In this document: positions 14,601 through 27,275 of the stretch, one piece after another
How positions within the stretch are numbered: the stretch's first letter is position 1
Layout: every line of letters starts with the position of its first letter
Assembly (NCBI RefSeq): GCF_000150275.1
Contig: NW_002060943.1
Coordinates: 12,781,694 to 12,845,693 of the forward strand
Source: Trichoplax adhaerens
Lineage: Eukaryota > Animalia > Placozoa
Length of the DNA: 64,000 nt
Reading direction: 5' to 3'
The notes under the pieces: model-generated
What the model was told of the DNA's origin: nothing
Database searches by the model: none
What the model saw: the letters and a program-made list of their open reading frames with translations, nothing else
Made by a program: the position numbers and the translations under genes

Positions 14601-17600
14601 AATCTGGATATAACCGCATCTAATCCCCTTATAATTACATCTGTTTTACCAATAGACGATAGTAGTTTTACAGGTTCTTCAGCCAGTTTATCGTTGACTA
14701 CAAACACCAGCCATAATGATAGCCTATTGACGAACAGCCTTAATTTAGTACAAACCGTCTCCTCTGCAAGATCAACTGATCTTAATATCTTAAGCGATGA
14801 AGATGAATCTTTAATGATCTCTATCACAGAAGATTTCCTATCGAATCACCAATCTGCATTGGTTATAACAGCTTTAACTACATTAATTAACACCAACGGT
14901 ATCTATCAATATGCAGAGGATTCATCGTTGTTGCTCTCCATGGACACTAAGGAATATTTGTTCACGACTAGCTCTAATTCTGTAGAAAAGGATTTAATCA
15001 CAACCAATATCACTATCCTAAGTGATCAAAACGAATCTGTACAGATGATCACTATAGGAGAAGGGCCACAAAATCTCTTTTCCATCGTCCAATCCAATCT
15101 GGTTATAACTGCATCGAATCCTCTAGTAATCACATCTGCTTTTCCAATCCATGATGGCAGCTTAGTACATTCTTTAAACAGTCTATCGTGGACTACCAAC
15201 ACTGATCTTGTACATAATCTGTCAATAAACAGCTCTGACTTAATCCATACCACTTCCATTACAAAATCAAGCAACATTAATATCTTAAGTGATAAAGTTG
15301 ATTCTTTACTAATCACTGACACAGAAGATTTCCTATCAGATCATCAATCCACGTTAGCCATAACTGTGTCTACAGTCATGAATAGTCACGATATCTCTCA
15401 ATATGTACAAGATTCTACATTGGTATTCCCCACTGAGGCTAATTCGTTGACGATTAGCTCAAAATCTGCAGAAATGGATTTAGCTAAAACAAATGTTAAT
15501 ATCCTAAGTGATCAATCTTTGCTGATTACCACAGAACAAGTGCCAGGAAATCCCTCAGCTATAACCCAATCCAACCTGGGCATAACTACATCAAATCCTC
15601 TTACAATTCTAATTCCGTCTATTTTACCAATGGACGATAGCAGTTTTACAGATTCTTCAACCAGTCTATCGTTGACTATAAACATTAGTCTTAAAGACAG
15701 TTTGTCCACAAGTAGCTCCAATTCAATGCAAACCTCCCTCATTCGAATATCCACCAACATCAATATCTTAAGTGATGAAGATGAATCTTGGCTAATCACT
15801 AACACAGAAGATTTCCTATCGAATCACCAATCTACATTCGCCCTAACTGCATCGACAATATTGATCAATACCAATAGTTTCTCTCAAAATGGAGATGATT
15901 CAACATGGAGGTTCCCCATCGCCACGGAAGACAATTTGCTAAGGATTAGCTCAAACTCTGTCGAAAAAGAATTGACGACAGCCATCATCCCCATTTTAAG
16001 TCATCAAGAGGAATCAGTGCTGACAACAAATCTTGGGAATCTCCAACCGCTTTCCAGCATAGTATTGAGCATAGGTCCAGCTACCTTCCAACTCGAGGCA
16101 AGTATTTCAGAAGATTACCATGATTCCTCCAATGTTATTGCTAGCAACGAAATTCCTATTCTACCATCCTCTATCCTTACCGTCAAGGATACTCTACTCT
16201 TTAGCAGTGTTTTTAGCGCAGTAGATCAGTCTTTCATGACAAAAATGACCTTAAACGACCTATCTGACATAGTATCAATATCGGATGTCTCGAATCAATC
16301 ACTAGCCATGTTGGACAGAAGTAGTCGTTCAGAATATCAAGAAGGTTCATTGCTCATTTCGCCAACTACTTCATCTCTAATAATGTCGCCTTCACAAATG
16401 GATGAGAACGATTTCATTTCAGCCTTTAGCATCACTCAATTAATCCATGATGAGGAATATTCTTCGTCAGCAGAAGCATTGCTTCATCAATCGCTCTATC
16501 TATCCAATTCTGCCTTTTCGCAATTCTCCCATCTACCAATCTACAGCAATACCATTCCAAGCCATCAAGGCAATTTACCTTCAACCATTTCCTCCTTGTA
16601 TTCCAATGTTGTTCCCTCTAGCGGGATAGAGCTCGTTAGCAGCCGTGATATCTTCACTGATCAGGATGAAATTTTACTAGTAACTACAAAAGTAAATAAC
16701 TTAATTTCTATGACAGCATCTGGAAATGTCTTGATCATTTCAACGAGTAGGATAAATGCTATAAGTGATGGCGAAGATTCGTTATCGTATGGAAGTACAA
16801 ATACGATTCTATCTGATGTTCCATCGACTACTATTGCAACATGGTTGGACTCTAACACCATTTCAGATTATCAACAAGACTTATCGTTTGCAAGCACCAA
16901 TATCCTTCAGCCGGATATTGCATCCACTACCACTGCTACCCCTATCCTCTTTCAACTAGACACTAACACCTTGTCAGATTATCAAGAAAATTTGCCGTTT
17001 GCGAGCACTCACAATCTCCAGCTGGATATTGCATTGATTACCATTGCTACACCAATCACCTTCCAACTAGATACTAACACCTTTTCGCATTACCAAGAAA
17101 GTTTATCGTTTGCAAGCATAAACAATATTTATCCTGAGATAGTGTCGAAAACCATTGCAACATCTATCGCTTTACAGCTAGATACGAACTCGATTTCAGA
17201 TTATCAACAGAGTTTGCCGTTTGCAAGCACCAATATTCTTCAGCCGGATATTGCATCGGCTACCATTGCAACTGCAAACATCTTGCAGCTGGACACCAAC
17301 ACCATTTTAAATTATCAAGGAAGTTTATCGTTTGCAAGCACTAATAACTTTCAGCCGGATATCTCAAATTACAAGCAGAGTTTACCGCTAGTAAGCACTA
17401 AGATTTATCAGCCGGATATTGCATCGACTACCTTTGCAACACCAATCATCTTGCAGCTAGACTCAAACACCATTTCCAATTACCAAGAAAGTTTATCGTT
17501 TGCAAGCTCTAATAATCTTCAGCAGGATATTTCATATTACAAGCAGAGTTTACCGCTTGCAAGCACTAAGATTTATCAGCCGGATATTGCATCGACTACT

Positions 17601-20600
17601 ATTGCAACGCCAATCATCTCGCAGCTAGACACAAACACCATTTCAGATTACCAAGAAAGTTTATCATTTGCTAACACAAATAATAATCATCTTGAAAATG
17701 CATCGACTACCATTGCCACACCAATCATCTTACAACTAAATGCTAGCACAACTTTAAAGGACCAACAGGGTTTATCATTGGCAAGCACAAATATTCTCCA
17801 ATCCGATTTTAAATCGACTGCCAAGGAGAGTTTACCAACTACTGCAGAAACACATTGGATTCAAACACGATCCATTTCTGATTACAGTAATTTCTACAGT
17901 AAAGATGATCTATCAGCTGTAGTTTCCTTTGGCTTTAGTAGCATATCTATGAAACTGTCATCAACCCTCCTTGAAACTTTTCCAATGACCAGTTCGAAAG
18001 TTTATGAAGGTTTATCCAGTACTATTTTGGCTTCTGAAATAAGATCTTCTATAACGCTGTCTTCAACGGCTACCTTTAGCTTACCTACATTTTACACATT
18101 CAGTTCTAATCAGTACGTCTCTAGCTTTCGACCATCTTCATTAACAGCATCGACTGCAGCCAACATCAACACTTACGAAAGCTTGGCTTTCGCTTCGAAC
18201 ATTGCAAAGTCAGTGGAATCCATTAATACTCCATTTATTCCACAAAGTGAAGAATCCACGCAATTATTATCCAATATCATCACGTTATCCTTTCCTTCGT
18301 TCAGCATAGGCCATGTTACTTCATTCTATCCTCCTACGAGTAATTCGCCAACTCCTACTTCTGCTTTGGTTAACACTACCTTGCAGAGTTTATTAGACAG
18401 CATGCACACCTTGACATCAAGTTCTTCTGATATCAATGTAGCATCATCAGTTATTCCTAAACCTATAGCTAGCAGTTTAGACACTATCTCTCTGATTTTT
18501 AAGATAGACAATACGACTGGTAGCCTAATGGATTCGTATACTCCCTCTTATTCTCCAACATCATCTATCAATATCTTGCCCATATCGGCGAATCGATCAT
18601 CCGCAGCATCGACTACCATTTCAGCTGATGTTGAAATATCGAGCTCCATCATCAGTATAGATAAATCCCCTTCTGGGTTAATAACTACTAAAAATTTAGC
18701 GTCTTTACCTTTATTATCTGGCTCAACAGCAGGAATGATTAGCTCTAAACTATTTACTACCGATATTCTATCCTATACGAACAATTCCACTTCAAGCATC
18801 CAAGTAGAAATATCTGCATCCAAGCCAATTTTAATTGCAACAAATCCTCTTACTAGCGGTATAAATAATTATAATCCAAGTCCAACAACCTTACTTACAA
18901 CAACGTCTTCGGCTGTGTTTTCCGCTACGCCAACAATTAATCCTTGCCAAAGTAATCCTTGTAAACCGTTTGCAGTTTGTTATCCGCAACAATCTTTACC
19001 TAGCCAGTACTTCTGTCGATGTAGAGTAGGCTATTACCAGCTAAATCCGAACATTTTCTTAACAAGCAGCCAAGGATGTTTAGGTATCGTGATTGGAGTA
19101 ATTCTGCATTATAGATAGTTACCTGGGGCTATAAATTGATTGCCTTGCCATACGTCTTGAAGAGCGTAGATTCTCCATTTATCGTTTCATAATGAATAAT
19201 TTTTCGTGCTTGTGTACAAACTGAAAATTTTTACCGTCGTTATTTCAATCGTGTACTACGATGGCATTTTAAATTATTGTAATCGTATGTGAAAAATCTG
19301 AGGCTAAATATATCAATCTACAACTAAACAGTTTAAAATAGCGATTGATATGCTTTGTATTTTATCCACGGAATTGTAGAAGGAATCTATTTTTCTGGTC
19401 TGTTAACTCTCGATGCAGCTTTTTTCCCGTCGTTAAATGATGCCACTAGCCAAAAAGGACAACAAATTAAACATGAAAGCAAATTACTGGTATCGCCCTT
19501 TATTCGCACTAACGATAGTACCTTATCCAATCTATTAAACTACTGACATCTTTAACTGATCATTTTCATGTTGTCCTTAGATGGAAGAAGCAATACGAAA
19601 TAGCGCAGTGACTGCTAGCAACTTTATCTATATTTTCATTGTTGGCCTTAGGTAAGGAAATCATGTTAAGTAATCCTTAATAGATAAAGCAAGCATGAGT
19701 AAAGGAATGGGAATCAGGCAATTATTTCTTACACATTACAGCAATCTACAAAGCTGTTTGCATTTTAAAATGGCTTTTACTTTAACCAATAGCGAATGAT
19801 ATTTGCAGTATATCCAGTACAAGTAATTAATAAATTAATAACTGTGTTTATATTATAGATCTGGAAGCATTCTGGTCGATTTTTATGCTATCTATGATAG
19901 TAACGCGACAGTCAATGAAATCATTCTTGAAACAACTATTAAACAACATGTACGATTCGTGGATAATTTTGTAGTTCAAACTGTTAATATGACAGGTAGG
20001 ACAACTCGCTTTACATGTAATATTAGATATATCCGTTAAGTCTAACTCAGATATTACCATGGAAAATTAGAAACAAATGAATGCTTAGACGATAATGATC
20101 CCTGCTCTGGTGAAGAAAAGCTATGCATCGATTTAGAATATGGGTTTAAATGTGAAAACTGTCCTGTCGGCTTTCTATTTAATTCATCTAGCAAAGGGTG
20201 TTCAGGTAATTATTGCATACTATTCAATTTACAGTTTGCCATTAAATAGCCCTAGTGAGAGTATAGTCTTAGTTTTGACAAATCAACATTTATCAAATGC
20301 GAGAAATTATGTTTTAATAGAGTTAAAGCAGATTCATATCATTTATGCTGGTACTTGATCGATAATATGTACTAATGGATGAAAATACTATCTAGTGCTG
20401 CCTAAAATTTGGCTAATAGCAATAATCATTATTCCCGTACTAGACATCAACGAATGTATTGGCGGCACCAATCCTTGCAATAGCAATAAGAAATGTGTTA
20501 ATACCAATGGAAGTTATGCATGCCGGCCGGAATCAACTACTAAACCACCTCTCGGTATTTGCCTCTTAGAGATTACATCAATAAAACTTAGAAATGTCTA

Positions 20601-21598
20601 AAAGTTCTAAATAGTTATTAATAAGCACACGTCAGTATCTAGGTCGACTAATCTTTTCCTTTTACATTTTGTAGTGACTTGTAGTCCTTCCCATTGCAAA
20701 AATGGCGGAATTTGTAGTTTTAATACTTCTTCAAATGTCACCTTTTGCAGGTAAGTTTCATACTCACTGATTATATATTAGAATGCTATATTAACCATTA
20801 CGTTAAATAAAATAGAGGAACAGAATTGTTAAAATTACGGACTGTTGATCATTATTTCATAATGTATAGCAATCGAATTTTTATATTTAGTATCACTAGA
20901 GATACTATAATAGGAATGTAATAAAATCGATTTTAATTTTCTGTTTGCAATCTTTTTCAGATGTACAGCCTTCCATTCTGGTTCTCAGTGCCAAAATTTA
21001 AGCTGTAAGATTATTTTTATTGTACAGTACATAATTATTGGTATTCTTCTAAATTGATTATCATTTTTTAATTAGCGATCAGTATTATTATTATCACCCT
21101 TGGAATAGGAATATCTTCCGTTTTTGTTGTCATCATCGTGGTAATAATCTATTTTCGGAGTCAAAGGTAATAATCAAAGCAACTTTTAATGTTTCATGAT
21201 AATAAATTTTATTGTAGCTACTTTCATGCACAACTGCTTCTTTATCTTTGGAACGTGAAAAAGCTGCATATGTGAGCTGCCGCTATAGTATTAAAATCAT
21301 AGACAATGATGCAAATTTCGTAATAGTAAACGTAATATATCAATTCATCTGTTGCATTTCATGCTTATTACCAATTACTTACTTTATGTTTAAATATGTT
21401 ACATCACCCTAAATTTTCTTGAATCAAAATCTTTTTAAAAGAAAAAGGTCAAACTTAAATATTGAACAACTAGCTGGAAGTTCTGATCAAAGCAGTGAAG
21501 CAATTGACTTGGAAAGCAGTAAATTGGAACCTATTCCTTCTAGACCTTACACCGGCCGTCTTGGTGGAGAGGATACTGTAGTAATTTACGATGAATAG
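5606..21598 (+). CDS. Giant transmembrane SEA/EGF mucin (MUC13/MUC3/MUC17-type architecture), ~4658 aa, 13 exons
   Basis: Hand-spliced, phase-consistent GT-AG exons: 5606-5638, 5724-5874, 6024-6185, 6385-19083, 19380-19489, 19581-19651, 19859-19995, 20071-20205, 20444-20554, 20675-20750, 20961-21004, 21076-21166, 21442-21598 (13977 nt, divisible by 3). Signal peptide MKVAALLKLGYILILYLRIVVDG; S/T-rich repeats; EGF (NPCQSNPCKPFAVC...FCRCRVGY...GC); SEA (YFSGLLTL...LRSGSILVDF); cbEGF (ETNECLDDNDPC...); 4-Cys EGF-like; EGF (CSPSHCKNGGIC); TM (IIIITLGIGISSVFVVIIVVIIYF); tail ending TVVIYDE. Confidence 0.88.
6480..8750 (+). repeat. Coding degenerate repeat tier 1 of the giant mucin exon (4 copies, irregular spacing)
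   Basis: Recurrent motif: NLILSVISTLTTTLVDMVRESS / NLASTITSSLTTTLVNIVKESS / NLATTITSDLTTTLVITVKESS / NLTSYITFDLTTTTLVDIIKESG, each followed by a TITKxDFLSSxxD-like motif. Confidence 0.8.
10430..16030 (+). repeat. Coding repeat tier 2: ~159-aa (477-nt) tandem unit, about 11-12 copies
   Basis: ATAGCTTAAGCAAAGAAGATGAATC recurs at 12391, 12868 and 13345 (477-nt period). The protein motifs SDEDESLxIxNTEDFLSNHQSTL and ILSDQSVLINTEEVPQNLLSISESNLDITASNP recur throughout. Confidence 0.92.
16820..17810 (+). repeat. Coding repeat tier 3: ~40-aa unit (LDTNTISDYQESLSFASTNxxQPDIASTTIATPIILQ)
   Basis: About 8 copies with ~120-nt period, including shorter ~20-aa sub-units, visible in both DNA and translation. 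Confidence 0.88.
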
Positions 21599-23337
21599 TG
21601 GCCTAAAATTGGAATCAGTTTCGGGAGAAAGTACTTGCTAGTATAAAGACTTCGTATTAATTAATTGTATATAAAGTTGCACTATAATTTTGCTAAATTA
21701 GCATTTCAATGATAAAGCATAGAAAAATGACTTGTAAGGAAAAATTCTCTACTTAAAGTAATGACTTTTTAGGCAAGATACGTATAATTCTATCCTATAT
21801 ATCATAAAATAATTTTATCCAAGTATGTTTATGTGTACTTTTCAGTGCATACTATAAATAGAATAGACAAATATAGAATACACGAGTATTACGAGCGATG
21901 GGTGAACTAGTCAAGAAATAAATTATTTTTGAACAAATAAAATTATGAACGAAATAGATTACTCTTCAATTGTATCTTGATTATTAATTGTATCAACTTT
22001 ATAGTGTTATCTAATATTCTTTATCTTATGTTGTGTTAGTCCTTGGAATTAGCACAAGAGCCCTAGCCTTTCGAATTTAAATTTCACTAAGCAAAGGTTC
22101 AATTACAATTTCTAGATGATATCTAAACAAACTGACATTAAATTTTGAGGTTCAATATACTAATTTTATATCGATCTACTGTTTATTATGGACTTTTTAA
22201 AGATAATCTTAATTAATCTAAATTTTAAATTCAACGGGCCTTTATTTATACGATACTACCTATTAACAGAGATAGACTAAAAATAACGGTAATATATTTT
22301 TGGGCAATAATTTCATAAATGGCTTGTATATTTTAATAACAATATTTCAAATTTTTATTTTGTTGTATTATGATGCTAATACTAAACTTATCAATCTTAA
22401 TATGCTGTATTTTTGAAACTCATTAATAAAATGGTATAAGAAAAAATATCCAGAAAGACTAATAATCTATTTGATTTCTTTAAAACTTGTTACCTTCATG
22501 AATTGTCATGGTGACTGGTAAATATTATTACGCGATATAAACAAATAAATCTGCAATTCTACGATTGCATGTTGCGATAGATGCTATTCAATGGTGTTTG
22601 CACGTACTGTATAAGTGCTTATAATTGATAATACGATTTCAATATAAGGATGGGCTTTAGTTTTATATTCTGCTATAAAGTCATTGAATGCAGTGAGCAT
22701 GCATGCAAGATAGAAAAATATACGTGCAAGAGTTAATGTTTTTGCAGCGATAGTACAGCTCCAAAATTAGCTTACAACTAAAGTTATAGGATTGTACGAA
22801 AATAAATGAATTAAACGTTTTATCGTAAGATGTTTAGTATCTGTTTGTAGGAGGTGATTATAGTAAATATACTGACATGTTCATGTTAGGATTCTGAGAC
22901 ATAAATTAATTGCATAAAGTATGTGAGAATTGTAAGACTTTTATTATCACATTTTAATTAGAAACGCGAATTTGAATTGGGGGCACTAGTAACTTCGATA
23001 TGCTGATTGCAGCTAGATCGTCCTTGAAAGTTGTACGACAAACCTAATTTACGAGTGCATAATGTATTGAAGTTAACAAGAAAATAATAGTTCTTGTTTC
23101 ATTATTTGAAGTTGCTTTATCACAAGCAATCTTAACTCTCAGAAAAATACTCCAAGAAGAAAAAAATTATAGAATCAGTAAGCTTCATAAGAACAAACAG
23201 CAATGTACTTATGGTAAGGAAGTGCAATTAAAACGTGTATTCTATCAGCAGAGCAGCTAAGTACTTGTTATGCACTGCTTGCTTCGGATACAGAACAAAT
23301 TATATCCGCATTCCAAATTCTATGGAATAGCACCGAA

Positions 23338-26221
23338 CTATAGCTCTTGCTTATTTCGACTATCTTCCTGTGGATTATGTGTATTTGCTGATTCAAAATT
23401 GCATTGAAAACTTTTCACCAGCGAAGGTAAAAGCTTATTCCAAAAGTTCCTTGCAGCTGGTATAAAATTCCCTTCTACTTGTAAATCTTTTCTAACTAGG
23501 AGATATCTTTCATCACCTTGAGCATAAGGACGCCAATCATCTATATCCATTGGTTTCCTGGTTGTAATATATAATAAAGCACTTGATTAAAATTTATAAC
23601 ATCTTGCTAGATTGCTTCCATGGTTTTTACTGAATTAGATAATTTTCAGAAATTTGCTAGCATAGGACCAATGAGGCATGGACTATCTACTTGATTCAAA
23701 GATATCCTGCATTGCTCAATTACATCCATATTTTGACAAGATAATGTTTAGAGATTTGCTGGCACAGGATTAATCAGGTATGGTTTATCTACTTGATTAA
23801 AGGATATCCTGCATTGCTCAATTATATCCATATTTTGGCAAAATAATATTTAGAGATTTACTGCCACCGGATTAATCAGGTATGGACTATCTATTTGATT
23901 AAAATATATCCTACATGGCTAAATTACATTTTAATTTTTGCTTTACAAAGATAATTTTACGGGATTTGTTGGCACGGAGCTAATCAGGTATGGACTCTCT
24001 ACTTGATTAAAGTGTATCCTATATTGCTAAATTGCATCTTTTTTTTGCATATTAAGATAATTTTACCGAGGTTTACTAGAACTTGATCATTGAGATATGC
24101 ACTATCCCTACGCGTATTCACGACTCACTTAAGGATTAAAATTAATTTCTGCACTGGATTTACTTGTTATCGTTACGTCAATTTGCGATCAAATGATGCA
24201 GCTAAGCATTTTCATAACATAGCGCTTGTAAGCCATTTTAAGCTGGTGCAACACAGAGAAAGTTTGTATCCAGTTAATTATGCCTATCGTCCAAAATTTG
24301 GACAAGAACTGCAAATTGTTAGAGATGTATACTTTTTGAAAACAGAAGTCATAGTATTGTAAGTCGTACATGCTCAAGATGGACTCATATTTCTTCAATC
24401 TAGTTTCCTAACGTATCATATCAATTTAATTAAATGTATGAAATATCGTAACATGCAAGCATCTCGAAATGATATAGGATAAACAACGCCTAGCTTTTAG
24501 TGTTCTAACGATATACTGTCATAACTGATACCGTTAGTCGATATTGCACACATCTTTTATCGCGATTGGAGATTCTAACTTGACGTTAGCTATTCTTGTC
24601 TTCATTCTTGCCGTTTAGATCAAGCTTTAAAATCAAATTAGCTTGTTCTAGCAATGTATCAAACTGCTAATGTCTTACTACTGGCAGTATTGATTTAGAT
24701 TACTTACTCTCTTCTGGCTAATCCACCCATGATTCCCATCATATGCTTACTCACTTCTACATCATCTTTGGTATACGTATCTTTAATATAAGCTGGATGA
24801 TGCAATGGATAGCCAAATATATAGGGTACTTCCATTTGATGGATAATTCCTGCGGCAGGTGGAAAATAGGCTGAACCCACTGTAAATTGATCAAATAGCA
24901 TCATATATGGCGAATAGTTGTGGGTTGCTAATTGACCAGCAAGATAGGCAGCTGGGACTTGAAAAAGTGCATGAGTTGCAAGTCGATCCAATTGACAACG
25001 ATTTCCAATGGGATTATTAATATCTGTATAATTTGTATATTCATGAACGATGAGAGAATGAAGAGAGTCAGGTATAAAGGGTAATTTTGTAATTTGAACG
25101 AAAGATTCCCTAGAAAAACCGGCATTATAGCCAGGGAGCGAGGATGTCATGACAGCACCATCATTTTGCACCGTACTTATAAGTACCTTTTCCATTGGAT
25201 TGATTAAACCTTTATAGAGAAGGACTTTAGGATCATCAGGTATAAATTGTTTATCCACTGCTGGTCGAAATAGATACGGATCCAGATTTCTTATTTCCAG
25301 TTGTGCTGTTTGTAATTCATCTTCACTAAGCTTTCGTAAGCATTCTACGGATTCCTCAACCGAATTTTTGGTATTATTGCATGATGTCTTTGAAAGAAAT
25401 TTAGTAAATGCCCCATCTAACTGTTCCCATTTGGTATAATATGCATTCATCATCATATTGGTACCACTAAACATAGCCACACTATGGAATAAACCACGAC
25501 TGACAGGAGAAGTTAAATGATAGGATATTGAAATGGATCCCGCAGAATGCCCACTTAGCAAAACATTATTGGGGTTGCCACCAAAGGAGGCAATATTGGC
25601 TAGGACCCATTTCAAGGCTAGAGCTTGATCATAAAATCCTACGTTAGGCTCAATTAAGACTTTATGAGCAGCATTTCGTGCGGCTAGAAATCCAAAAGAA
25701 CCTAACCGATAGTTGATCAAGACCACAATCACATTCTCATAGCTGGATAATGTTTGTCCATGCCACCATGATCCATCTCCATGCAACAAACTACCACCAT
25801 GAACCCATACGATGACCGGTAGTTGATCTGAACTTTTTGTTGTAGGCGTAAAAACATCTAGGTAAAGACAATCTTCACTTATTTTCATTTCAGGACCGTT
25901 TGGATTACTTCGATCGAAAAACGACGTTGGAGATCGATACTGAGAGCAGGTTGATTTATACTGAAAACATGGAAGAGGTTTTTCCCATTTCGATTCATAA
26001 GGGACAGGTCGTTGATAGCGTAGCGAACCGATCGGAGGTTGTGCAAAGGGAATCCCTTTAAAGCTATAGATTGTTTTATCCAAAATTACTTGTTTTTTGC
26101 CTTGGATAGGACCATTACTAATATTGATGGTGATGGAATCATCCTTAGTGGCATCTAAATGAACGGCTAAAGATAGCAAGATCATCTTAATGATGATCAG
26201 ATTACGCAAAAGACAAGCCAT
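23338..26221 (-). CDS. Type-B carboxylesterase A (cholinesterase-like alpha/beta hydrolase), soluble, ~577 aa, C-terminal KQEL
   Basis: Exons 26221-24708 and 23557-23338 with a phase-2 GT-AG intron (RRE|KPMDIDDWRPY). Signal peptide; motifs FKGIPFAQPPIG, SEDCLYLDV, WVHGGS, NYRLGSFGFL, GHSAG, NDG, HQMEVPYIFG, FWN. The ATG is at 26221; the ORF track start at 26230 is a GTG. Confidence 0.93.
23580..24100. repeat. Intronic ~102-107 bp tandem repeat, 4 good copies plus 1 degenerate
   Basis: GGTATGGACTATCTACTTGATTAAAGGATATCCTGCATTGCTCAATTACATCC-like unit at ~23675, 23778, 23879 and 23986, inside the intron of esterase A. Confidence 0.85.
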
Positions 26222-26760
26222 ATCTTGCACTGCTTATTTCTTCGTCAACGGCAGTATTAGCAAATTGGAATGGTCAACAGGTCCTCTAGCAATATCCGAC
26301 TGTCGAAGAGCTAGGCGCAATGCATCTCTAAATGATTTTTTTCCCACTTGTTCAATAATTTATAATTAAAATGAAGCATATTGCTTGACCAAACTGCTAT
26401 CCTAAGGAAATAGTTTATGTACTCAACCATCACGTGTTGATTTAAAATAACAATCATGATAACCTATACTCCCATCACCTTTGCTTTGTTCGTTTATATT
26501 AGTATAATTACTCCTTATTTTGAAAGAGGGGATTGGAAAGAAGAGCAAGGGTACTGTTAGTTATGGACAAATCATGATACACCAACCGTATTGGCATTGA
26601 AAGCGAATTGGAGTGGCATAAACAACGTCAATAATATAAATTTCTGGATAAACGCTTGACGTGGGAATTTATGCTAATGATGTCTCATAAGCTAGGGCAA
26701 AAATGGTCGAGGTTGAAAATGATTTGATGATAATTCATTATTTTACTATTCGCTTAAATC

Positions 26761-27275
26761 ACTATTCTATATTCTGCTTTACTCCTTCTACTTTTAAGTC
26801 TTTAAATGGCAGTCTCAAGTCCTAGAGCGATAAGTAGCAACTATACCTTAAAATGTGATCTATTCTATTTGACTTTAATTGCATTCGTATACCTTCCACC
26901 ACATAAAAGGCCAGCAATCCAAACATACAAACTAGTTTGTAATAACTGCAGGGTGTTAGCAGAAAATCTTGTCTATTCTACATTCTTCTTTTACATGGTT
27001 TTACTGTTTGCTTGAATAACTATTCTATATTGTGCTTTACTTCTAATAAGTCCTTGCATAGCAGTTTCAAGTCCTAGTACTAACAAGTAACATCTCTAAA
27101 TTACAATGGGATCGACGATACCTAAGCTTAGATAGAAAAATAGAAAATTTTTCCTAAGCATTCTAATTTAATTACATCGAAGGCCTCCCACTCCTATAAA
27201 CGGCCAGAAACTCAAATATACATAACAGTATACTCGTATAATTACTATAGGGTATAAGTAAAAAATCCTGTTGCT
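26761..27275. repeat. Diverged ~258-bp tandem duplication upstream of esterase A
   Basis: ACTATTCTATATT(C/G)TGCTTTACT...TCAAGTCCTAG...ATAAA(A/C)GGCCAG at 26761 and ~27019. Confidence 0.7.

Noticed and set aside
6608-18511. Many minus-strand ORFs (60-107 aa) and short alternative-frame ORFs inside the giant exon
   Set aside because: Shadows of the repetitive S/T/I/D-rich coding strand. They recur with the repeat period and have no independent features.
19084-19118. Hydrophobic end of the 4226-aa ORF (GIVIGVILHYR) as a membrane anchor
   Set aside because: Intron read-through after the donor at 19084. The real TM is in exon 21076-21166.
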